A DNA stretch of 63,510 nucleotides, filler included, from Asterionella formosa (Eukaryota): the NCBI GenBank assembly GCA_002256025.1. It is 14 parts of 14 records of this genome, joined end to end, with 100 filler letters (N's around TTAATTAATTAA, not from the genome) between each part and the next. Parts side by side here need not be neighbours in the genome. Positions count along the whole stretch, not along the records: positions 1 to 22,799 come from NKIB01002626.1; 13 more parts are not named here. One strand, given 5' to 3'. The notes beneath the pieces were generated by a model. It was not told the DNA's origin. It searched no databases and was given only the letters and a program-made list of their open reading frames with translations. Positions 1-12,622 of this stretch are shown here, in pieces (positions within the stretch are counted from its first letter, which is position 1; the number at the start of each line of letters is the position of its first letter). A program made the translations under genes and the position numbers.

Positions 1-56
1 TTCATTGTCGCTTTGATTGTTATTCACTCCTGGATCCTGAAATTCGAAACTTGCAT

Positions 57-2030
57 CATGTCAAACCTTGATTAGAAATTTGCGATGCTAGAAAGTAGTC
101 GAAATTTGTTGTCACATGCTGCTCAATGTTTGTTATGGTAATCATTTTCGAATTCAAACTGGTTAAGGAATCATCAACAAGTTGCATAATGATTGTTGAT
201 GTTTTGTTTGTCTTCAAAATGAGGGGTTCAATGCGCTTAATAACTAGCTTGATTCTTGAAAATCGTTTGCTTTCTGCTTGAGTGAAATTAAAACACAATT
301 GGTTTTTGACTTTCGCTTCAAGCTGAAAAATGCCGCCCTGGAAACACCCTAGATTATTATTGTGATCAAAGAAGTGTGTACCAAACCATTCATGCCAAGT
401 CAACAGGCAGCTCAAACGATTCTTTTAGAGTTCATACCTCGGACATCCATTTTCATTTTTCTTCATGTGAATGGCACTAACAGATGTCAAAACACTTTGA
501 TCATTCAAAGATCTATTACTTTGTATTGATGATGAGGACTGTGCAGAGGATTAAAAATCGAAGGATGACAAATGATTCAAAAGAGACTGTAAGTGTTGTG
601 GTCGAACTAAGCCATCAACTCTATCGTTCAACTGTGAAAAGTTTGCTCTCATTTCAGAATGCAAATTTGTAAATCGATCTCTAACACCAGGTAAAATAGA
701 GTCAATTCTAAGATCCACTGGATCCTGAACCAAATTCAGATGATGACTCATATTCTTTAAAAATTCATAGGCGGTAGAATTGGTAGCTGCATCAATAGAT
801 TCAATTTCTTTTTCAATAAATGAAAAGATTGTTTGTTGCAGGGTAATTGAAGGTTTGATGTGATCTCGTGGCAAAAAGAACACTTTCTTTTTCATCTGGA
901 TGGCCAGCCATGACACGTATGGCTTTCATTGGCAGTTTAGCTGAATAAAGATCACGTCGAGTATCCCCATTGCAATTTCCAAGGTCATTAATGTTGTAGC
1001 CATCAAGTTCATCCAATTCTGCTTTGACTGAGCCAGCCGATCAACCAAAATGCACGAAATGTTTTGAAATAATGCCAAGGTGTCTGCAAGAAGCATTCTT
1101 CATGTTACTCGCATATGCCTGATCAGTTACTGAAATAGTTTTGTCGAAGCCCCGAGAATCTGTCAACAACTTAATGTTGAACCAGGCTTTGTTTGAAGTA
1201 AAATCAAAGGATTCTGCTTCTCCACTCTGCATAAATCTTGCCATTAAAGAAAATCTATGTGCACCAATAGCACACTCATTGACATTACGATGTCAAATAC
1301 AACATCCATAAAGAGTCTTTAACCCATTTGATTTCCCAGTAGCAATGCGCATCACATGAATTAAAACATCCTCTAGACTATTTTTATCCTTCTTGTGTAA
1401 CAAGGAACAAAGATTGCTAAGTTTGCACTTAAAGAGTGATTTGCCTCTTAAGGTCCCATTTATTGTCATCAAAGAAAGTATCGATCCCATAAAGATGCCA
1501 CTGAATTAATTGATGATAACAAACTTTTTTGAAAGAAAAAATCTTCAAGTCTAGGGATATCTTGAGCAGCAGTATATGGCATGAATTCACTTGTCAATTT
1601 TCATCAAAATTGCTTTTCGCAATTTGTGTCTTTCTCATTTTTACTGTCTTCAGCAATCTTTTGACATGGCCAGACATTAATGCTTCCTTGGGTATGTTGT
1701 TGCATCCTCCATCCTGTTGCTGTGCATGCAAATCTTGGATGGCTGATCAATATTGAATGAGTACACTATATCCAATTGTCTTGTCTGAAATCCAATCAGG
1801 GTTGGAAATTACAGATTCATAATCATCCTTTGAAAATTGTTCGTCCACAGGTTTACATTGACCTGGTCATCCTCTGGGTTGCTGATGACATCTTGATTGA
1901 TACCATAGAAAGCCAAAGAACTTTTTTCTTCTGTCACTGTTGTAGATGGGATGCCATCCACCTCGGACGGAAAGGCATAACGTAAAAAAATCAAGGAATT
2001 CTGAAATTTTTCTTCTATAGGCAAGAATGG
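57..2030 (-). mobile_element. Decayed Crypton-type element (Ndc10/tyrosine-recombinase-like domain plus GCR1_C-like domain), frameshifted
   Basis: Stitched minus-strand frames give GTLRGKSL..IATGKSNG..WFNIKLL..KHFVHFG*SAG..LGNC..RRDLYSAKLPMKAIRVMAGH..FLPRDHIKP (YR R/K/HxxR/W/Y pattern), then WHEWFG..GGIFQLEAK..KRFSRIK (GCR1_C-like). Element ends not seen. Confidence 0.75.
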
Positions 2031-2559
2031 TGTTTTCCGAATGACCAGCCTTATTGTCTGCTACAACCTGTTTCGCTTGAGCTGTGAATTTTCCACTTGT
2101 GGCTGTATGATAGCTATGCTTAAATTGGAATAAATGATTTTAGTAATTTGGGAGGAGGTTGCATAGATTATATGTTGTAACGAATTCAATTCAAATGAAG
2201 AAGGGATGAGACAGGCAAAGAAGAACAAGAGTTTGGTTTTGGTTGTAACAAGTTGATGATAACAGCGAAATTACAAACACTCATGATCACTGCCTGTGTA
2301 AACGGTGTGATTGCTAGTGTACTAGCTGTCACTACGGGTATAATTTTCTGTCCAACAACAAATTATACCGGTACCTGGTACGCTTGTACCAAGTACCTAG
2401 TGATATATGCTCCAGATATGTACACAACATACATAAATGAACTTGATATAAAAGAGAGATGAGGGTTGGTTATTTTAACACGTCCAGACTTGCCACACAA
2501 AATGAAGTCTGATGCGTGGTTTGAACATAATACTAACCTCTACTTCTTTTTATGTACCG

Positions 2560-2674
2560 GTAGCAGGAAGGATAGAAGCAGAGCAGAGAAAAGTGTTACT
2601 AGGGAGTGCTACCAGCACGTAAGAATCAACGTGAAGAAACCAGTCCACGAGAAGGAGTACGAAGCGTTTCAACA
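2560..2674 (+). mobile_element. Remnant of a Copia-type LTR 3' end
   Basis: Ends ccacgagaaggagtacgaagcgtttcaaca, similar to cagacgggaaggagtacgagacctttcaaca ending the putative LTR at 57767 (minus strand). 5' boundary unclear. Confidence 0.5.
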
Positions 2675-3008
2675 CGGTAGGGGACAGTACGCATACCGGA
2701 GCAGAGGGAGTCGTAATTAGCTCAATATATGACACTTGTGACCTTGACTACCGGTAAATCAGTTACCTGGTACCTGGTACCTAAGACATACTTCTATACA
2801 CTGGTTGCGTATGATTCGACTGTATGCTTGTTAACCAACATGCACTGAGTATGCATACCTGGTGAAGTTTCTGGTAGTCAACCTGATACAGGGAGTTGAA
2901 TTGTGACTGAGCTATCGTGGTAACTGGTACTCATTTATTTATGTTGGACTTGTATAATATTATGTCGTTAAATAACGCGCATAACATTTAAGCCCTAAAT
3001 GATAAGCT

Positions 3009-3300
3009 TAACCAATCGCTCTTCCGGGATCAACGAACACTCCGTGCGGAGAAAAGAAGCTTCCTGCCAGGCTTTAATACTCGATGACAAATTGAATGAT
3101 CAATTTTACTAACCAATCGGACCCCCTCCGGGATCAATGAACGCTCCATGACGGTAACCAGAAGCTTCCTTGCTTGTTTCATTCTCCATGACAAATTCAA
3201 TAAATAATTTTAGCCAATCGGACCTCCGGGATCCATGAACACTCCGCGAAAGAAAGAATCTTCTCGGCTTTTATACTCCAAGACAAATTGAGTGGACCAA
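3009..3300. repeat. Three diverged tandem copies of a 101-bp unit
   Basis: Units start at 3009, 3110 and 3211; shared blocks CCAATCG, TCCGGGATC..GAAC.CTCC, AGAA(G/T)CTTC, CTC...GACAAATT. Confidence 0.9.
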
Positions 3301-3707
3301 TAATGTATGAATGATGCAGAGCTTTCTTTTCAATGCTTGTCAAGAATGAACTTGGACCCATACACAATTTTGATACGTAATAAATACCAATGCAGGATTG
3401 AAGCAGTCTCCTCCGAATCTTCTACTGCCTACAACATTTATGTCTATTCATTGATGAAGAGCTATATCAAAAAACTCAAGGGGGCTTAATTAGGAAGTAT
3501 GGATCGCACTAATCGCTCTACTAAGCGATGCCAAGGAACAACCATGAAAGATGTCAAAAGTGCAGCATTTAGATAGTTCACTGGCATTTCAAATTTCAGG
3601 ACATCTCAATGAAATGACCCAACATAATCATCCCCTTGTGTCACGAGAGTTATGATGACTTAAAAACATGAAAAAGAGGGACGCGACATTCACAACGATA
3701 GCAAGCA

Positions 3708-5060
3708 ATGAGAACAACTGTTCGAAAGCAACCTACCACAACTGCCAGTACCTGTTCATTGACTGAAAATACTATCGATGTCGACGATCCCTTGAGCGAC
3801 TTGTTTCATAACAATCAAAAGATGAGCCCTCAATGTCCAAGGAAGAAAAAAACGCAAAGGTTTGCCGAAGAAATGAGAAGCTATCAAGTTGTTCCCAGCG
3901 GCGCGGAAAAGGGAGTGCGAGGAAGTCGCTCAGGGATTCGAACCCAGGAACAATTCGTCAACTCGTCAACAACGAGGCAAAAGGGCGATTGGACTGATCA
4001 ACTTGCTGTCCGTCAATCAGTCGCCAACGAGCCGAAGGCACAAGTCGAGCCAGATATAAATCTCGATGAGCATGGCGCAGATACCATCTCCGAACTGGAC
4101 GACGATGGTACTCTAGGTCACGCCAAATATAGTAAAGGTCTATCATCGGAATTACCAGAAGACCCTGATATTCTCTTTCGCATGCAAGATTTATTGCTCG
4201 GAGCAACAAATGTCAGTATATCGAAAACGACCGAAGATATCCTTGCACCACCCTCCTCCCCTTTATTGCGAAACCACAAACCAGTCCACCCAAAAATTAT
4301 TCATACTAATACGCAACGTCCATCATCAAGCGAGAGAGCAATTTCCAAACCAGGTGTCGTGTTAAATCCTGGAGAAATATCTCGACTCCACCATATTCAG
4401 GGCGCATTGGTAGAACTGGGGTTGAAACGGCAAGGAACCGGGGACGGAGGGGGCAAGTTAAGACATAATACGGAGGCATTCGATTACATTAATGCTTCTG
4501 TTAGTAGAAATCCTTCATCGAAGAAGATTCAAATTGCAAAGGACGAAGATTTGGGACGCTTCAAAAGATCTACCAGTAGTTATCGAAACACGTTGCTCGA
4601 CCCAAGCAGTGTTTCAAGAGCGGCTCTTCATCCTGTCCATTACAAGGTCGATGAAAAGGAAGTGGCAAAAGAAATTGTGGAAAAAATTCATGCCAAGAGT
4701 AGCTCGCCACATACAATTCGACGGCATTCATTCGAGAATGGGGTTTCTCCTGATTTGCCGGCTTCGCTATGCGTACGACCCCGCCAAACGAGAAGTGTGG
4801 ACACAGATTTATACTCTTCAGACGACAATGATAACAAGTCAAGTCCCAAGAAGGAATTTCGAAGGTGGGGTAAGCCAGTTCTACCTGAGGTTTTCTTCCG
4901 ATCAAAGGTGAAAAGTTCTCCTATGACACCGTCAATGTCAACTGTGCCAACATCAATTTCATCCGCCGCATCATCAAGGTCTCAGTTGTTATCATCGACA
5001 TCACCCTTGCAAAGCCCGTTGAGAAAACTTTTGAATGTAGACTTCAATGCTGAGTTGTAA
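3708..5060 (+). CDS. Hypothetical Ser/Pro/Arg-rich, probably disordered protein (450 aa)
   Basis: Long ATG-initiated ORF that retains CpG; no recognisable domain. Confidence 0.65.
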   Translation: MRTTVRKQPTTTASTCSLTENTIDVDDPLSDLFHNNQKMSPQCPRKKKTQRFAEEMRSYQVVPSGAEKGVRGSRSGIRTQEQFVNSSTTRQKGDWTDQLAVRQSVANEPKAQVEPDINLDEHGADTISELDDDGTLGHAKYSKGLSSELPEDPDILFRMQDLLLGATNVSISKTTEDILAPPSSPLLRNHKPVHPKIIHTNTQRPSSSERAISKPGVVLNPGEISRLHHIQGALVELGLKRQGTGDGGGKLRHNTEAFDYINASVSRNPSSKKIQIAKDEDLGRFKRSTSSYRNTLLDPSSVSRAALHPVHYKVDEKEVAKEIVEKIHAKSSSPHTIRRHSFENGVSPDLPASLCVRPRQTRSVDTDLYSSDDNDNKSSPKKEFRRWGKPVLPEVFFRSKVKSSPMTPSMSTVPTSISSAASSRSQLLSSTSPLQSPLRKLLNVDFNAEL

Positions 5061-7809
5061 AAACCTATACTCCATTGAACGAATTTGAAAGTGAGAGGAC
5101 ATATTCAAGCTGGTCTAAGTCTCAAGATATCGTCAGTTGCATAATATTTTAGAAGACATCAGATATCAAACAGCAAATGGTGATTCAGTAAGCTTTGGAA
5201 AGGCTCTCACTCTTCGTCAAGGTTTTGGATGATCAATGATGACCAGCGTTTACATTTGAAAGTATCTATCATATGATGAACCTCAATCGCTCTCAGTTAA
5301 ACAAGAGCATTCAAATTTTATAATATTTATATCAACCATATTTTTCACTGCACACATGTTTAAAATGAAACCATCCAAGCCAGCCTTTACCCTGGATGTG
5401 TGCTTGTAACTAGATTGAAATCATCACTTCCTCAAATTCAGTCCACCTTGTACCTGTAGTCAGTGCTAGAATGTCACGTATGGTACCAAGCAATAACTAG
5501 AGATCCTCTACCAGTCCTCAAACTAGAGTAGATAGTGCTGTATATATCAACTTTTAGTCTACTGGCTCTGTCTATTTGTATAGACTTAGTAACTACTGGC
5601 AAACATTGTCAACAAGGACTTGCCTTTTGATCATAATGTAGCAAATGGCAACAAGAATTACCCGATTATGTCTATTTGCAATTAATTGCTATTGAATTAC
5701 AAAAGGAAGAATTGATGACATTTACAAGCTTGTGGAATTTGAATATAAAAAGGTTCTTTTCTTCAATCATTGGTGCAATCATCTTGCCACTCCACCATCT
5801 CACGAAATAAAAGGAGATCCCAGTCTAGACCTTCCAATACTTGTGTGAAAAAGTCGTGTTAAAGGAATTGTTTCAAGAACAATGAAGGTGATTTGAGAAA
5901 ATATTTTGCACAAATGAGTTAATTATTTCTAACTATGGCCTATAAAAATATCTTATTCTCGGGTACTATGGGAAAATCCTAATGATTGATAAAACTGTAA
6001 CATGTTGATAACCTGCAATCGTGAACGCCACACTGGACTGAATTGAAAGCAGACTTGATGGGTTCAGTGGGTATCAAGTGACGGAAGTCGCACAAACATT
6101 ATCAACACAATCAACAATATCCACATTCTCCAGTCAAGCAGAAGTGACAACATCTGCATTAGCAGGAATGGGGATCAGATGGAAAAGATAGTCAAGATGG
6201 TGCAAGCATTGGTGGCAGAGAGATCCACATAACAGTTACCTAATAGCCTAAGCAACTCATGAATTGATGGAGGATCTAGACTCTGCTGAACAAGAAATTA
6301 CCATCAATCAAGAAGCTGCTCCAGTGGACACAATTCAGCAACCAACACAGTTAAACACACACAGCACCAGTCTAGCCAGAGGCATCAGCACCAAAGTAAA
6401 TAGAGATCAATCCTTTGTCAGTAATGAATATATGGAGTGGCATACAACAAGCAAGATGCAATGCAAGAAAGGCAAGATGACAGGGAATCAAAATGGAAAG
6501 TCCTATTCCACCTCAATCACCGCCAGCAAGGACTGCATCACAGAGAAGAAAAATCAGGAAAGTGAAGGCGGCTCAGACTACAATAGAAAGCTCATCATGC
6601 ACATCTGAGAGTGAAAGCATCCAAGCAGAAACAGAAGAAACAGATAGTGACTTCTCACAGTAGCGCGGAAGGCCAAGAACTAAAAGAATATCTCATGCAC
6701 AAACCAGTGTGGCTAAAAAAGGGATGGGAAAATTTTCACAGGAATGGTGTACAGATAATAGAAATAAATATCTAATAGAATTTATCAAACTAGTCACCTC
6801 GGTCTCAACAAGGAACGTCTCTACATTCTCTTGTTCGTATATTTCAAACTGATCAAAGGACAGAATTCTATCAGCAATTTCTTTTTTTGTTGTCAATATA
6901 TTGCTAGAAAATTAATTATCAAAAATTAACCTCATCTGTGTTAGGCTAGATATACATGCGAAATACGAATGGTTCATTGTTGACTCTTGTGGAGATATTG
7001 GCTGAGTCTGATCCATTTGTCATGGTCAATACAAAGATGTTTAGCTAATCATCAACCTACCGGTATATACATATTTGGCAGTACAAAATCAAGTTTACTT
7101 AAGTATGTGAAACATAATATTCCGCTATAAATATTTGTATAATGAACTGGTAGTCCTATATATGGATACGATAAGAAACCGACGGTATCCGCTGCTGCTT
7201 GGTACCTTGGCTATCATGCAAAGATTTTCATACATGAGCAACATACCGATACAGTACATGCTTTTATTTAAGGAGTTACTGACCTTTGAGATTTCCACCC
7301 CATCTTCAGATATCATTGTAAATTAAACATGCATGTGTTGCGCATTTTCTAAGCATATTAGTACTGCACCAGGTAACAGCATTATATTGCAGCAAGTACC
7401 AGTATGTCGTGAAACAAACCCAAATTTACTGATGATTTCGATAAGAAGCAAAAAGAGTCATCTAAAATTTAGTTTGGAAATTTCTGTCATAGATAGAAAC
7501 TATTATTGATTTGCTACATAATTCGTCAAAAAATTAAGCACGAATTCCCCAGACTAGTAACTCATTATGCAAAAAGTGTAGGGGACCGGAATGCAGGGCG
7601 AACAAAATCCCTGCATGATATCAAAAGATGATGTCTAATACTAACTTATTGTGGCTATCATCTGATTCAGAACCTGGTGAGCAATAACTAGAATTGGAAC
7701 ATACTCAGACATCAATAAAACGCCGACAAAAGCAGATACTGGCTGCTGCAGAGGCGAAACAAAGGAAGGAAAATTAGAAACAAGCACAACCTAGTACATT
7801 GAAGATGGT

Positions 7810-8217
7810 AAAGGAATCCATTGAGACAACAAGGGGAGCGAGCAGCCTCAGCAATCACAGAAGAAACACAAGCACTCAAAACTAAATGGACCAGAAAACA
7901 AAAGAAGGACCGCGTACTAGCTAACTGCTACTGGAACGACAGACAATCATCACCTTAGAAAGGAATACATTGAGACAACAAGGGGAGCAGCCTCAGCAAT
8001 CACAGAAGAAACAAAAACACTCAAAACTAAATGGACCAGAAAACAAAAGAAAACCTGCGTACTAACTGCTACTGGAACGATAGGCAATCATCACCTTAGA
8101 AAGGAATCCATTGCTGAGACAACAAGGGGAGCAGCCTTAGCAATCACAGAAGAACACAAACACTCAAAAATTAATGGACCAGAAAACAAAGAAGTACCGC
8201 GTACTAACTGCTGGAAA
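7810..8217. repeat. About three tandem copies of a 141-149 bp unit
   Basis: Units begin aaaggaat(c/a)cattg at 7810, 7959 and 8100; shared gagacaacaaggggag, agcaatcacagaagaa, aatggaccagaaaacaaa. Confidence 0.9.
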
Positions 8218-8269
8218 AACAAACAAACAACAATACAAACAAAGCTCAGAAAGCCAGCAGAGGTCCCTG

Positions 8270-9905
8270 GGCGAGATACACGGGGACGAGATAAAATCCT
8301 TGAGACCACAGAGTCAACATTTCGAGTACATTTTCAGAATGTTAAAGGCTTGGATCTACAGCGCACCACCTCAGCCAGCAGATTTGACTTCAACCTTGAA
8401 TCCATGCTCGCCCTCAATGCAAGTATGTTTGACTGGGCAGCGACCAATACAAATTGGCTGAATCCTGAAACTCAGTTTGAACTCAAAGAGAGGGCGACCA
8501 GTATTTTCGAGATCTCTACTAAGAGTGTCTTCTCAACCAGCGCTATACCAGTCTCTTCACATTATAAACCTGGAGGCACATCAATGGAACCTGGAGGCAC
8601 ATCAATAATATTCACGGGAAAGTGGTGTGGATGAGCAGAATCAGACTCAGGGATGTATCCATTAGGTGTGCTGCTGGAGCTACGACATGACACTCAACAA
8701 GAGGAATTTGATAGAAATACTGTTCATTACAGCATACAGATTCTCCCAAATCCATGCCACAACACGGAGATGGCACTGCCTATCACCGAGAACACATGAT
8801 GCTATCCAATCAGGGAAATCGGTCTCCCAACCCAAGATCACCACACAGCCATCAGAGTGAGGGCAGGGAGTTATTGTTAATGATAGATGCAAATGAATAA
8901 TTGGGGAATACCACATCACAGGGGCTATCATCAGTGACAAGCAATTGCGCTCTTCATAATATTCTACAAAACAGACATGCAGACCAACTTCCGTTAACAC
9001 GAAACATGATAGAGGCACAAAGACTATTGACTATATTTTCGGGAGTGATCACTGTCTCAGAGCAACAACAAGAGCAGGTGTGATACCGTCTTAAGCCAAT
9101 ATAGTCTTAGTCTACAGGCAAATCACAGGAGGGCATAATACATTGACATGACTGCAACCATATTAATTGGAGGCAGTCAGTCAAATATAGCCAATTCCAA
9201 AAACAGATCATTTAATGTCTACAAAACAGAACAAATGCAAGAAATATATGAAAGCTGTGAGGAAGAAATATTGGCAACACCAAATGCCTTACTAATATTT
9301 AGGACAACAAAAGAGGCAATTACGAAAAACTGGAAAAATTGATCTAGACATAGGGAGAGCCATGGTAATCAATAAAGAAAACCAACGGTAATAATGTATG
9401 GTCTAATCAGCTCAGCAACTCACTCATGTCATTACTGGTGCAGGCGACTGAAAATGATAAAGCTAAAACATAGAAAATGATGAGGAAGGTAACAGGAATC
9501 AAAAGGGATTCAACAGGCATAGGACTGAAAAAAGCAGAGGTATTAACGAAAGCAAAAGAGAGCGAGCTACATCTCAGAACAGTTCAACAAAATCAGTGCC
9601 CATGAGAAGGAAGGAACTTGATGATGAGATTGGGGTTCAACAATTTTTGTCCAAGGTATCCAGCCAGGAAGGAAGTGAAGCAACTTCGGGCTCTCATTAA
9701 TGCAGAAGAGTCTAAAGCTGTTTTACATAGTTAAAAAATGATTATTAATCCTCACAGCCAATGTGGGACGCTGTAGAAGGTCCTCATTCCGGTTAAGGAG
9801 GACAATGATTTGGAAATCACATGGGTAACAGAATTTGAATCATCAGCTCTCAAGGGTGCTGCTCTTCTCGAAAATATCAAAAAGCTTCAATCTCCCAATT
9901 TGTCC
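8270..9905 (+). mobile_element. Decayed non-LTR retrotransposon ORF2 N-terminus (AP-endonuclease region), cut by the gap
   Basis: Frame-stitched HGDEI..TFRVHFQNVKG..TNTNW..HYKPGGTSIIFTGKW..WSY..LFITAYR, the APE pattern of LINE ORF2; many stops and frameshifts. RT not visible before the N gap. Confidence 0.65.
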
Positions 9906-11285
9906 NNNNNNNNNNNNNNNNNNNNNNNNNNNNNNNNNNNNNNNNNNNNNNNNNNNNNNNNNNNNNNNNNNNNNNNNNNNNNNNNNNNNNNNNNNNNNNN
10001 NNNNNNNNNNNNNNNNNNNNNNNNNNNNNNNNNNNNNNNNNNNNNNNNNNNNNNNNNNNNNNNNNNNNNNNNNNNNNNNNNNNNNNNNNNNNNNNNNNNN
10101 NNNNNNNNNNNNNNNNNNNNNNNNNNNNNNNNNNNNNNNNNNNNNNNNNNNNNNNNNNNNNNNNNNNNNNNNNNNNNNNNNNNNNNNNNNNNNNNNNNNN
10201 NNNNNNNNNNNNNNNNNNNNNNNNNNNNNNNNNNNNNNNNNNNNNNNNNNNNNNNNNNNNNNNNNNNNNNNNNNNNNNNNNNNNNNNNNNNNNNNNNNNN
10301 NNNNNNNNNNNNNNNNNNNNNNNNNNNNNNNNNNNNNNNNNNNNNNNNNNNNNNNNNNNNNNNNNNNNNNNNNNNNNNNNNNNNNNNNNNNNNNNNNNNN
10401 NNNNNNNNNNNNNNNNNNNNNNNNNNNNNNNNNNNNNNNNNNNNNNNNNNNNNNNNNNNNNNNNNNNNNNNNNNNNNNNNNNNNNNNNNNNNNNNNNNNN
10501 NNNNNNNNNNNNNNNNNNNNNNNNNNNNNNNNNNNNNNNNNNNNNNNNNNNNNNNNNNNNNNNNNNNNNNNNNNNNNNNNNNNNNNNNNNNNNNNNNNNN
10601 NNNNNNNNNNNNNNNNNNNNNNNNNNNNNNNNNNNNNNNNNNNNNNNNNNNNNNNNNNNNNNNNNNNNNNNNNNNNNNNNNNNNNNNNNNNNNNNNNNNN
10701 NNNNNNNNNNNNNNNNNNNNNNNNNNNNNNNNNNNNNNNNNNNNNNNNNNNNNNNNNNNNNNNNNNNNNNNNNNNNNNNNNNNNNNNNNNNNNNNNNNNN
10801 NNNNNNNNNNNNNNNNTAAACAGACCGGATATTGCCGCACAACTTAATGGCCCATTTTTCCAAGATAAGAAAGAAGTAACATGAAGTACTCTAGGAATTT
10901 GTGGAGAGGCTCCACTAAAACTTCGGTGAAAGTCGAAAAAGAAGTTTTACCAATGGGAAAAACAAGCTAAAACATTCCGGAAAATACAAACGTTTGACTA
11001 ACGGCAAAGGTTGCATGAGTGCTGTCCAATTAATTGCACCCAGGTGTCTCTGTATGGATTATCAATATGTACCAGTACATGATAGCTACCTAGTACCAGG
11101 TATGTACCCTTGTACTTGCTACTCCTGTGTCTATGGGTAGAATATCCTCATCACCAGCCAGGTTCCGTACACTCGTACTCATTAATAGGTACTGGTAGTC
11201 CTTTGTGACCATACCAATACATGGGATATGGCCAAGTGGTCAGTCATGTCTGTTTGTGATACCTTCACTCATTTGTCCTTTTGTA

Positions 11286-12622
11286 AGGCCATTGCTCACC
11301 GCGCGGGAAATTAACTTGTGACTGAAATTTTGTCCTGAAAACCATTCTTGGCCATTCCTTGCCACCACATCGGAAACTTGAGTTTTACCGGGTTTTGATT
11401 TCCCAAAACTTAATTTTTAAAAATCATATCAGGAATTTCGTCGATTTTCCTGATGCAGACAATTTTCGTCGGAAACTTTATTCACGTTTGGGAAATTGAT
11501 TTCACACCCAAAGCACTAGATAGACTAACATAAATAATTGAATTTGACTAGACTGACTATGATTCATTTACATGTAAAAACTAGTATATGATAGCAATCA
11601 ACAATCGCTCACTCATCCGCCATGGCCTCCTTATCCTCGTCCTTGCTGTCCTCCCAGAGGCATTCTACTACTGATGATCCTTGGCAAGATATTGGCAACG
11701 ATTTTGTAGTCAGTGAGGTCTTGGACAAACAAGCATCAAGACGGTCCTAAAAGTAAGTGATGACCAGCAGACTGTATATTGTTGCACATATTTGCCTACC
11801 AGAATCTCACTCACCAGTTGTCCATTTCATGCCTCCTCTCTCTCGCGAATGCAGCGATAACAAGCAATGATATGGGGAATGGGTTCATTTGCAAGAAACT
11901 GGCAAAATGAAAGTCAAAGAAAGATATGTCAAGGCGGACATTGGCAATCAGTAAAGCCACCAATTGGCAGGTTTCAACAATGCTACAATCAACAGATCGC
12001 TCAGCAATGGCACAAGAAGCATCAAACAGGTGGTTCTATGGACATGTGTAGCAATGATTGTGGAGTGCTGAAATGCCATTCTCTGATGAATTGTTGGGAG
12101 CTCAATTTTTGGAATTGCCACTGGTTGCATTGGAACTGCCTAGCAAATGGCCTACAGATCCATTAGATCTTCAAATTTCCCAAAACATATAATAGTATCT
12201 TATCCTCCTTAATTCTTCCTATAATTTGTTATTGTTTATCCTGTTTGTTTGTAGGTCCTCACCAATGCTATCAAAAGTACCACCATCATTGTTGATCAGC
12301 TGATTTGATTTGTTAACACCATTGCTTGCTAGTGGTTTTCTCGTGTTGCTGTGCTCTCCTAGGGATGTATTTCCTCCAGCTATTCTTATGGACGAATTTT
12401 CCAAAATACCAGAAGCAAGGAGTGATGGAATTCTGGTGGGGTAAGGAACAGCTGTTTCCAAAAATTCTAACAACCCCCAAAATGGAATTTTTACACAGTA
12501 GGAAAGCAAAAGCATTTTTTGGCGTCGGACAATCACTCCCGGGTTCGAATTCCTCGGGAATTGAAAAATTTAGTAAAGCAATTTTTCGAGAATGCGATTT
12601 CCCGACCGGCAAGTAAGGGCCC
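11286..12622. mobile_element. Putative ~1.34 kb non-autonomous TIR transposon, PIF/Harbinger-like ends
   Basis: Left aggccattgctcaccgcgcgggaaat vs reverse complement of right end gggcccttacttgccggtcgggaaat; TA/TAA flanks; CpG-poor interior without an intact ORF. Confidence 0.5.

Noticed and set aside
3928..3950. Minus-strand GGTTCGAATCCC (and GGTTCGAATTCC at 12542)
   Set aside because: Isolated B-box matches with no A box or cloverleaf.
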